A stretch of 64,000 nucleotides of DNA from Escherichia coli (lineage in GTDB: Bacteria; Pseudomonadota; Gammaproteobacteria; Enterobacterales; Enterobacteriaceae), in the NCBI RefSeq assembly GCF_048403405.1, contig NZ_CP183131.1; one strand, 5' to 3'. Positions within the stretch are counted from its first letter, which is position 1. Every line of letters begins with the position of its first letter. Below the pieces are notes generated by a model. That model saw nothing but the letters and a program-made list of their open reading frames with translations, was not told the origin of the DNA and did not search any database. Made by a program: the position numbers and the translations under genes. This document shows, piece after piece, positions 38,997 through 48,500 of the stretch.

Positions 38997-39862
38997 TCCA
39001 AATTACCTTTGCTTTGAAGCTCCTGGAGCTGGACCACGAGGTCACGTTGGACTTTGGCTATCTCTGTCACCAAGTCGGCGGTGGCAATAGCGTCGGTCGC
39101 TGCTGAATGGGCTCGACCTTTCCAGCTCACACCTGCCTCGCAGGTGGCATCCGCAAGTGAGATTGTGCCGTGCCGGTTGGTTGAGCCAAAGGCATCAGCC
39201 GCCAGCTTCATCGCGCACAGACAGTTCTGCTCTTGCCACCAAGAGAGTTGGTCTCCAAATGCACTGGCTGTTTGCCTCAACATCCTACTGTCGAAACTGG
39301 AGTTAAATATCACCAGATGACGGCCCGACAAAAGCCGGGCGAGAGCTGGCGCAACTTGAGTCCACGTAGGCTCATTCGACAGCTCAGTCTCGGTGATGCC
39401 ATGAACACCCATTGCCTGAGGGTCTATTTCCACGGTTGGCCGTAATCTGGTGCAGAGGAGAACCGCGCCTCTGATGTCAGTAACAGCCAGCTCGATCACC
39501 TGGTCTCTTTCACCAAGTCCGGTCGTCTCGGTATCGAGAACCAGAGGTTCCAGAGCGACCCACCTTTGTGCCATGACAGAGGCCTTTGCCAGGTTGCTAC
39601 GCATTCTTGCCTTGACCGAAAGGATGGATTGCGCCCTTATTTGCTTTTGTGATGCCGGTGAACAACCCCTTCTCCGCATTGGTTGGCAATCTGCTATCCG
39701 GTACACTCCAAATTGGCCACCATACCCGTTTTTGTAGAACGAAACTGGCTCTACTCCTGGCTTAGGCTTCATCCGAAATTCGTCCCTGAGCCGTCCTTTT
39801 GAAAAGCACCTATCGGCTTTCATGGCTTCGGCTCTGGCAAGTTCGAGTTCTTCATCATTCAT
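38993..39862 (-). CDS. DEDDh 3'-5' exonuclease (DnaQ/epsilon-like) with N-terminal extension
   Basis: ExoI LVLDTETTGL, ExoII-like FNSSFDSRML and ExoIII HSAATDAIATADL motifs. 289 aa. Confidence 0.75.
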   Translation of the reverse strand: MNDEELELARAEAMKADRCFSKGRLRDEFRMKPKPGVEPVSFYKNGYGGQFGVYRIADCQPMRRRGCSPASQKQIRAQSILSVKARMRSNLAKASVMAQRWVALEPLVLDTETTGLGERDQVIELAVTDIRGAVLLCTRLRPTVEIDPQAMGVHGITETELSNEPTWTQVAPALARLLSGRHLVIFNSSFDSRMLRQTASAFGDQLSWWQEQNCLCAMKLAADAFGSTNRHGTISLADATCEAGVSWKGRAHSAATDAIATADLVTEIAKVQRDLVVQLQELQSKGNLE

Positions 39863-39866
39863 GCTG

Positions 39867-40877
39867 TTAATCCGCTATATCGAGGCGTTGGCTCGCTCTC
39901 TTCAAACGCTCATCGCCGCGTCTGTCATATTTCTGGGTAGTTGCAATGCTTGAGTGGCCCATTGCGTCCTTCACGGTCACAATATCCTCACCGTTATCCA
40001 GCATCGAGGAGGCAAAGGTGCGTCGCAGGTCATGGGGCGCAAACATCTCCAGACCGGCTTCAACTCTTCTGGTCTCCAAGATGTGGTAGATGGCCTGATC
40101 CGACATCCGCTCTCCAGTCACATCATCAAACCGCCTGATCCTCGGGAATAAAGGCCCTTCATGCGTTCCTCGAACCTCTTCAACCCACTTATCCAGTCTT
40201 TTCCATGCGCCACCAGGCACATACGCCATTCTCTCTTTGTTGCCCTTGCCAAGAACCTTGAGAGCGCGGTCCTTGTAGATCATGCTTCCCATGTCCAGCG
40301 CAACGATTTCCGAGCGGCGCAAGCCACACCCGAGGAGCACCCCGAGAATGGCCGCATCCCGAAGCCCTTTGGCGCTTGAATCACTTTCACATGTGAAAAA
40401 GAGGCTGCGAATCTCATGGCGTTCAAGTGCCCGCCCTTTAGGAAGTCGAGATCCACGTACTGAACGGACTTGCTTAATGTGCTGGAAGCTATCCGTATCA
40501 ATTTGCTTCATCGTCCAGGCTTCAAGAGCCACCCCTTTGAGCGCTGACAGGTAGGTGTTGATCGTTGCCGGAGCCTTCCCTGCATCCCCCAGCATTTCCA
40601 GCACCGCCAATATGTGGTGCCGCCTCATTGAGCTCCATGCACAGTCACGAAGGTTCTGAAACCCGATCATCTTGGCGACAATGTTGAGGAATGAGCTCAT
40701 GGTCTGCCTGCTTCGCTTTGACCCGAGGCTCACCAGATAGGCGACGGCGGGGTTGTCCTGGATGTTCCGGAGCGAGCTCGATGACGGCAACAGTTCACCG
40801 CGAATGCTTTGTTCTGCCGGAACATTTACTTTCGCATGTGAAACTAGCTCTTCCTTGTCATTGTTTGTGTCGTGCAA
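39867..40877 (-). CDS. int: tyrosine site-specific recombinase (XerC/D-like integrase)
   Basis: 336 aa. Catalytic region GLRRSE..., HDLRRTFAS and GHSSIATTQKYDRR (R-H-R-Y). Contains two copies of the parS-like palindrome in its coding sequence (40385-40398, 40840-40853). Confidence 0.8.
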   Translation of the reverse strand: MHDTNNDKEELVSHAKVNVPAEQSIRGELLPSSSSLRNIQDNPAVAYLVSLGSKRSRQTMSSFLNIVAKMIGFQNLRDCAWSSMRRHHILAVLEMLGDAGKAPATINTYLSALKGVALEAWTMKQIDTDSFQHIKQVRSVRGSRLPKGRALERHEIRSLFFTCESDSSAKGLRDAAILGVLLGCGLRRSEIVALDMGSMIYKDRALKVLGKGNKERMAYVPGGAWKRLDKWVEEVRGTHEGPLFPRIRRFDDVTGERMSDQAIYHILETRRVEAGLEMFAPHDLRRTFASSMLDNGEDIVTVKDAMGHSSIATTQKYDRRGDERLKRASQRLDIAD

Positions 40878-40879
40878 AG

Positions 40880-41416
40880 TTACCTCCTAAGCCCGACCGC
40901 AACGAGAAGAAAATCCCATATTTTGAGGTGAAGAGGTAGTTCCTCCTCCATATGTTGCGTTTCGTAGCTTTGCATCAGTGGTTCAAACTTGGTTGGATTG
41001 CACAGCAATTCGTAAACTGTTCGGTTGGGCTTGGTGATCGGCTTATTCGGAGTGAATCCATGTTTGTTCTGGAGGTACAGCGCTACCGCGCCACTTCTGG
41101 ATTCTCCGTAATAGCAATGAACGAAGATCTGATCGATACCGCTACCAACCAATCCATCCAGGAAGGTGGACAGCTTTTCAGCCTGGGATGAGTCAATGTA
41201 AGAGGCGTAATTCATCCGGAACGCTGCCTTCATCGTGTGGATGGTGTTCTCAGAATAGCCGCCGTCATAGAAGCTATCGCGGTACAACTGCCCCCACTGT
41301 CCGAGAGCGGCAGGGGACTTGTCTGGGTCAGTTATGGAGATCATGGCCGCACCGGGAACCGGCTCCAGTCTTTCGGCCTCCGCTTGACTAATGAAAAAGA
41401 CTTTTTTGCTAAGCAT
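40880..41416 (-). CDS. predicted CX5R phosphatase (tyrosine/dual-specificity phosphatase-like)
   Basis: 178 aa. Active-site-like VHCYYGESRSGAVAL (H-C-x5-R-S). Confidence 0.55.
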   Translation of the reverse strand: MLSKKVFFISQAEAERLEPVPGAAMISITDPDKSPAALGQWGQLYRDSFYDGGYSENTIHTMKAAFRMNYASYIDSSQAEKLSTFLDGLVGSGIDQIFVHCYYGESRSGAVALYLQNKHGFTPNKPITKPNRTVYELLCNPTKFEPLMQSYETQHMEEELPLHLKIWDFLLVAVGLRR

Positions 41417-41696
41417 GTCCCATCATCCCCTTACAAGGATGTGTTGCGAGTAGCTCACGCGCCTGACTTTGCCCCTCTTGAGTATCTACAGGAGCGGTCG
41501 TATACACACCTCCATGCCGCAAGTCCACAATACTGGTCCGACAGCAAGAACCTACGTTCTGAACTTTATTGTCCGAATCCAAACCAGCAAAAGTATGGCA
41601 CGGTCCAGGGAATGGTTTCCTGCAAATAGAGCAGCGCTCAAAGTTCTTATCGAGGATTCTCTTTAAAACTTTCTCAAATTTGTTTTTGTTTAACAT
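41409..41696 (-). CDS. small Cys-rich (zinc-finger-like) protein
   Basis: ATG 41696 follows GGAGAA. CSICRKPFPGPCH ... GSCCRTS cysteine pairs. 8-nt overlap with the downstream gene. Confidence 0.45.
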   Translation of the reverse strand: MLNKNKFEKVLKRILDKNFERCSICRKPFPGPCHTFAGLDSDNKVQNVGSCCRTSIVDLRHGGVYTTAPVDTQEGQSQARELLATHPCKGMMGHA

Positions 41697-41714
41697 CGAG
41701 TTCTCCACACAAAG

Positions 41715-42035
41715 TTACTGGCCGAGCATCCCAGCCAAGGTGGTCTGCTGGCCTTCGCTACAAGGTGCAAATCCGGCAAAAGCACCGGCATTAACCTTGA
41801 GCTCATCAAAGCGTCCATCGGTGTCCCGGTAGTACACCTTACGTTTTCCAATTCCACCTTCGAGGTTTGCGGCCAACCAGGCGATCACTGCATCAGCATC
41901 GTTCGTAACTGATGCTCCCTGATCCAGATCGATAAGTACCAGGTGGGTGTCCGTCTGGAGTGCCACTTCAAAGGTCGCTCTTACATCAAAAATCACTGGT
42001 CGCGCTCCTTGTAAAAAGTGGGCATTCAGCACCAC
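41715..42035 (-). CDS. hypothetical protein
   Basis: 106-aa ORF (GTG start in the track; true start uncertain). First gene after the divergent promoter region 42036-42257. Confidence 0.4.
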   Translation of the reverse strand: MVLNAHFLQGARPVIFDVRATFEVALQTDTHLVLIDLDQGASVTNDADAVIAWLAANLEGGIGKRKVYYRDTDGRFDELKVNAGAFAGFAPCSEGQQTTLAGMLGQ

Positions 42036-42116
42036 CTATCCTATTCCAAAAACTCTACTTTTTCAAAGATACATTTTAATAAGTAGAACAACAGCAAGAG
42101 GAACTCAAATTTATTT

Positions 42117-42151
42117 ACCGTAATTATCATAATTACGGTAATACGGTAATT
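42117..42151 (+). repeat. 9-bp repeat cluster related to the kfrA-upstream array
   Basis: ACCGTAATT ATCATAATT ACGGTAAT ACGGTAATT. Includes the 21-bp perfect palindrome CCGTAATTATCATAATTACGG (42118-42138). Lies in the divergent promoter region. Confidence 0.75.
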
Positions 42152-42257
42152 TTACAGATTTGGATGGAATGGTATAAGATGTCTCGCTGGAACATACTTG
42201 CTGAAAAAACGCTTAACAACGATAGTGAAAACATCATGTACAGGTGCGAGAGATAAT

Positions 42258-42860
42258 ATGTATAAGAGCCTTGAAGATCTGATGGCGGGTATTTACGAGA
42301 TGGCAGCGCCAGATGGCATCATCTGTAACGAGGTTTCCAAATTCCTTGCGGCCAACCAGGTCAAGCCGGAAGACATAAGCTCTGGGATCTGGTTTTTCCT
42401 GTGGCTGAAATCAGCTCCCAAGGATGCGAAGCCAATCCAAAAAGAAATCCCCGGATTTGGAGTTGTTCTCAACATGCCGACTTATGGCGGAACGCTCAAC
42501 GAAGCAATCACAGGGTTGATCGAGAACGAGTGCCGTCAAATAGAGCTCGCTGAGGGACATCCGAGCCTTGAGGCTTGGGTTGAATCAGTATTAGCCGGTC
42601 GAGATGACGGAGAGGAAAATGAAGCTGCGGCCAATATCGTGGATCTGCTTAATGGGTGTCACGACCTACTGGATACAGCAATAATCAATTACCTTTTTAA
42701 GGTGGGAAAAATCAACGAGCAAGAGATTTTGTCGCTCATCTATTATGGAGAGCTATGTGACCACTCTCTTGTCGGTACGCCTTTTTCAACGTTACATATC
42801 CCGAGTGAAAATAACGTCCACGAACGTAACATCATCCCCATTAAAAAAGGAGCCAGTTAG
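42258..42860 (+). CDS. hypothetical acidic protein
   Basis: Start taken at MYKSLEDLMAG (42258) after GAGAG. 200 aa. No motif recognised. Confidence 0.5.
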   Translation: MYKSLEDLMAGIYEMAAPDGIICNEVSKFLAANQVKPEDISSGIWFFLWLKSAPKDAKPIQKEIPGFGVVLNMPTYGGTLNEAITGLIENECRQIELAEGHPSLEAWVESVLAGRDDGEENEAAANIVDLLNGCHDLLDTAIINYLFKVGKINEQEILSLIYYGELCDHSLVGTPFSTLHIPSENNVHERNIIPIKKGAS

Positions 42861-42871
42861 GCTCCTTTTTG
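42843..42871. terminator. bidirectional rho-independent terminator
   Basis: AAAAAAGGAGCC-AGTTA-GGCTCCTTTTTG between convergent genes 42258-42860(+) and 42876-43328(-). Confidence 0.7.
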
Positions 42872-42875
42872 TTAC

Positions 42876-43328
42876 TCAGGGTTTGCTTTGAGAAACAACT
42901 TCATTCCAAGTATGCAGCACCTTCGATAGGTGCTGATGCTTTCTGGTGAAGTCCTTATCATCCAAGAGTGCTTTAAATGGCGCGTTCAGGTCACTGCATG
43001 TGACGTTCTTGCCGATCACAGACAGGGTATCCTGGAGTGATCCACCAGCAGCATCAAGCCCCATTCTATCGACGGTCTCACTACTCACCATTGCCTGGAC
43101 AACATTGGTGAATGCCTTTGAGTTGAGCTGCTCAACGCTCAGGGCTGTATTGCATTTCTGCTCAACCGCTTGCTTGTACTGGATGGTGTACTTTGCAGTG
43201 ATAGGTGACATGGTGTTCATCGCAAGTATGTATGCGTCTACCTCACTGGTCGGTAATGTCGCGGCATAGACTGACGAGCATGATGCGGCTGCGGCCATTA
43301 TCAAAGTTATTACCTTCTTATTCTTCAT
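42876..43328 (-). CDS. secreted protein / possible lipoprotein
   Basis: 150 aa. Signal sequence MKNKKVITLIMAAAASCSSVYA with a lipobox-like AASC. Confidence 0.55.
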   Translation of the reverse strand: MKNKKVITLIMAAAASCSSVYAATLPTSEVDAYILAMNTMSPITAKYTIQYKQAVEQKCNTALSVEQLNSKAFTNVVQAMVSSETVDRMGLDAAGGSLQDTLSVIGKNVTCSDLNAPFKALLDDKDFTRKHQHLSKVLHTWNEVVSQSKP

Positions 43329-43494
43329 TTCTCTGAAATCCCCCTTTAAAATATGGAGCTACAACTCATTTGTACCAATCATAATACTATTGATTTCCAA
43401 AAGTATCTCTCTCTACTGACTCTATGATGGCTCGCCTTCCAAACACTTGGCCGCTGGCGGCGGCTGGGCCAACGCCAGAGCCTGATCCACACTA

Positions 43495-43794
43495 TCATCC
43501 GCCTGAAAAAAATCTCATTACCTCTGACGGATAAAGAAACAGATTTCCCCCTTTGGCAAAAAACAGATACCAAACAGAAAAAGCCACAGAAAAAACACCT
43601 GCAACACACACTTCAAATCTATTTCTTGCAGAGAAATACTTGTAGTGCTTTTTTTCGTATCTCGGGGCTCTCATTTTGACTAGATTTTTCAATGTCAACC
43701 AAAGAAAGATAACCCCAGTAGGAAGGATAACTATCACAACCCCAAAGAAATAAATTGTGTATATAATAAAATCAAACCAGTTATTGATTTCCAT
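43495..43794 (-). CDS. small membrane protein (possible orphan immunity protein)
   Basis: Start taken at MEINNWFDF (43794). 3 hydrophobic segments. Visibly AT-rich DNA downstream of the Rhs immunity region. Confidence 0.4.
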   Translation of the reverse strand: MEINNWFDFIIYTIYFFGVVIVILPTGVIFLWLTLKNLVKMRAPRYEKKHYKYFSARNRFEVCVAGVFSVAFSVWYLFFAKGGNLFLYPSEVMRFFSGG

Positions 43795-43841
43795 AAGCCG
43801 TCCCCAATGCTGCGCCAATAGCAGAACCATGTGAGCCGTAT

Positions 43842-45283
<1,442 letters not shown>

Positions 45284-45287
45284 CTTA

Positions 45288-45560
45288 TTATTTATCTATA
45301 TGTTTTGAAATCTTATCTACAATGGATGTAGTATCCATATTCATTATCCTCCCTGCTTTTTCAATCAGAAACTCAGCTTCATTTGTTATGTTCTTTGACT
45401 CTTCATTAATAATGTCAATGATAGTTTCTAGTGCGATTCCATACTCACCCACATCAATAAATTCTTGCACTTCTATACTTTCAGATTCAGAAAACGAATC
45501 AGACAGCACCATAAGCAAAAGATCTAGCGTGGATTCAATTTCTCTATATTCATTTTTCAT
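45288..45560 (-). CDS. putative Rhs immunity protein
   Basis: 90-aa acidic protein whose ATG overlaps the rhs stop (ATGA). AT-rich like the rhs toxin tip. Assignment is positional. Confidence 0.6.
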   Translation of the reverse strand: MKNEYREIESTLDLLLMVLSDSFSESESIEVQEFIDVGEYGIALETIIDIINEESKNITNEAEFLIEKAGRIMNMDTTSIVDKISKHIDK

Positions 45561-48500
45561 TTTGGATTCCTTGGTACGTTTGTTGGAAAACCTGAAACAA
45601 TATCACCATTAGATTCTTGTATTACACGAACATTAATACCTTCTTTAACTGCCTCTGCAATAGTCCTACCACCGCGCCCAGCCTTTCGAGAAACATTTGG
45701 ATCGGTAGCTATATCGGAAATGACGTGCATAATTTTTTCATCAGACCAACTTTGAGGAAACTCACTTTTTCCAGGCTTGCCTGTTCCTGCTCGATGCCCT
45801 CCACCAGTGGCGTCACCATCAAGAATATGCTTACGTCTCTGGGAACTGGCTAGGTCTACAAAATCATCAGCCGTATTTTTAAAAGCGCGTTCCGCAACAT
45901 TCCCTAGCGCCTTATAGTTGCCAGGCAGGATAATCCCAGCAGCAAAAAGCCCCCCGGAAATCCACTTTTCTCTTGAGGTCGCACAATCACTGGTGATGGT
46001 CTTGAAGGTGTCATAGGCGTCCCAAGCGCTCAAGGCAAAGTCTATGGCAACATAAGCCCCCAGAAGAAGCGGCACAAACTCCCCTGTTGGATCTGCATTG
46101 CCTATCGGGTTGCTCAGCGCATAGGCATAGGTGTTAATCCCACCAGCCAGCCCAATCGGGTCACTGGTGATGTAACGCCCGGTATTCGGGTCGTAGTAAC
46201 GCCGCCAGTTGTAGTGGAGCCCGGTCTCCGCGTCGTAATACTGTCCTGGGAACCGCAAATTGAAGGTCGGCCCCTGAGTGGTGATGCTGGCCTTACCGAA
46301 CGGGCTGTAGCTCGCCTTCCAAACCACTTGGCCGCTGGCGTCGGTTAGCGCCTTCGGGGTGCCCAGATGATCGACGTGGACTTGATAGGTCTGTCCTGAC
46401 TGAGCAAAGCTCAAGGGGGTGCCATCGAGCCAGATATACTCCGCCAGCACGTCTCCAGTGGCTGCGTCCAGCTCCTCGATGAGGTTTCCTGCCAAGCCGT
46501 AAATCAGTAGGCGGGTCTGGCCGTTTAGGGTCTTAGTTACACGCTGATCCAGATGGTTGTAGGTGTAAGCTGCTGTCACTCCAGCGACCGTTGCGGCCAC
46601 CAGCCGGTTCTGGCTGTCATAGGTGAAGGTATCCGCCCCCTGCTTCGTCAGGTTGCCATTGGCGTCATAGCTTCTGGAGGTTTGCCCAGTCTTCACCAGC
46701 CAGTTGTTCATGTAGTTGATGGTGTAGCTTTGGCTCAGGCCATCGGTCGTGATCGAGGTCCTGTTGCCGGTGGCGTCATAGCCATAGCCCAAAACGCCAT
46801 AGAGCCCCTCAGCAGAGGTGATGCGGCCAACCGCGTCATAACCGAGTGACTGATTGACTGATGAGCTGAGATTGTCGTCTATGGCTGAAATCAACGAGTC
46901 TGGCGTGTACCGATAGACCAGCGAATGCACTCTAGTAGCGTCGATGCCGGTGACTCGGTAATTGAGATCCAAAGAGCGACTTTCTGAAATGCCGTTCCAT
47001 CTGACCATACTGGTGACGGGGCCAAAGGGCGCTCGCTCGATCTGGCTTGCCAGGCTTGTTGTGGTGCCTGCTTGTGTCGTTGCCACCTCGATGACGTCAC
47101 CGGCTAAATCACGGGTGTAGGAAACCTCACGACCACTGGGATACGTGATCTTCGTGATGAGGCCTGCACCATCGTATTGGTACTGGGTAGTAAGGCTCTG
47201 CCCGTGGGTTTCCCAGGTCTCGTAAGCCAACCATCCTTCGGGTGTATAGCCATATCTCCGGACACCGTTGCCATCATCGACTGAGGTCAAGCGGCCCATG
47301 CCGTATGGTGAGGTTGCTTCGTCGTACCCGTACAGAATTGGCGATTCGCCAGCGACACCGCTGGATGCCTCGATGATCCGGTTCAGCGCGTCGTAGCTGT
47401 AGCTTGTGGTTTGTCCCTTGGCCGTCTTGCGCGTTGCCACGTTACCGGCTTCGTCATAGGTAATGTCGGTGGTGCCGGTGTCCGGGCTCCGGACCTGAGT
47501 CACTTCGCCAAAGCCGTTGTAGCTGTAGTAGGTCAGGCGCGAACGAGGGTCGGAGACACGGTAAACATCGCCGGTATCCTTGTAGAGCACCTGCGTGACC
47601 TTCCCGAGTGGATCGGTCGTTTGTGTCCGGTGATGGAAGCCGTCGTACTTGTAGGAGTGTGTGTTACCAGAGGGACTGGTCTCCTGTATCAGGTTTGCCA
47701 CCACATCGTAGGAAAACGATGACTGATTGCTATAGGCGTCGGAGACACTGGAGAGCCAGCCGATTTCGTTGAAGATCCGGCGCTCTATCCAACGGGTCTG
47801 GCCCAGCGCATCGAGCAGTCGCTCTTCTACTGGGTTCCCGAGGTCATTGAGCTCAAGCTCGCGCCGGTTGCCCTGTGCATCTGTTTCCGCCACCAGCCGA
47901 TGTGCAGCGTCGTACTCATAGCTGACGGTTGCACCATTTGGCTTAGTCAGCGAGCTCAGGAGGCCCACAGCATCATAGTTGTAGGCCGTGGTTCCTTCTG
48001 GTCCAGTGGAGCTGACAAGTCTTCCTCTGGCGTCATAGGTGAGGGTTTGGGTTACACCGTTGACGCCCTGAATGGTCCCGGCGCGACCGTTCGCGTCGTA
48101 GTCACCAAACTGCATCACCTGCCCCAGCGCGTTTGTTGTCCGGATCAGGTTGCCCTGGTCATCGTAGTCAAATGTCGTAACATCGCTGACGTCGGTGCGC
48201 GGACCATCAACCGAGGCCAACAGGCTCGGCTTTCCTGTACCAACAGGGGCATAGGTGTAGGTCCATGTCCGGGAAGCGCCCGAGCTGCGATCTGTGACCT
48301 TGCGGCTTATCACCCGGAGATGAGTGTCGTAGGTAAGCTCAGTGATCCTGGTTGGTTCCGTGATTTTTGCAGGGAGCGACTTGGAAGGAAGCCAGTCGGT
48401 CGTAACCTTGCCCCCATCCTGGTCTATCTGGGTGGTTTCCAATCCCCGGTCGTTATGGGTGAACGTGCGCTTCTGTCCAGCACGATCTGTAATGCTGGAG

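Noticed and set aside
43379-43609. 76-aa Cys/Phe-rich ORF overlapping the 43495-43794 membrane-protein gene
   Set aside because: It lies in an alternative frame of an AT-rich region, overlaps a better-supported ORF and has no start context.
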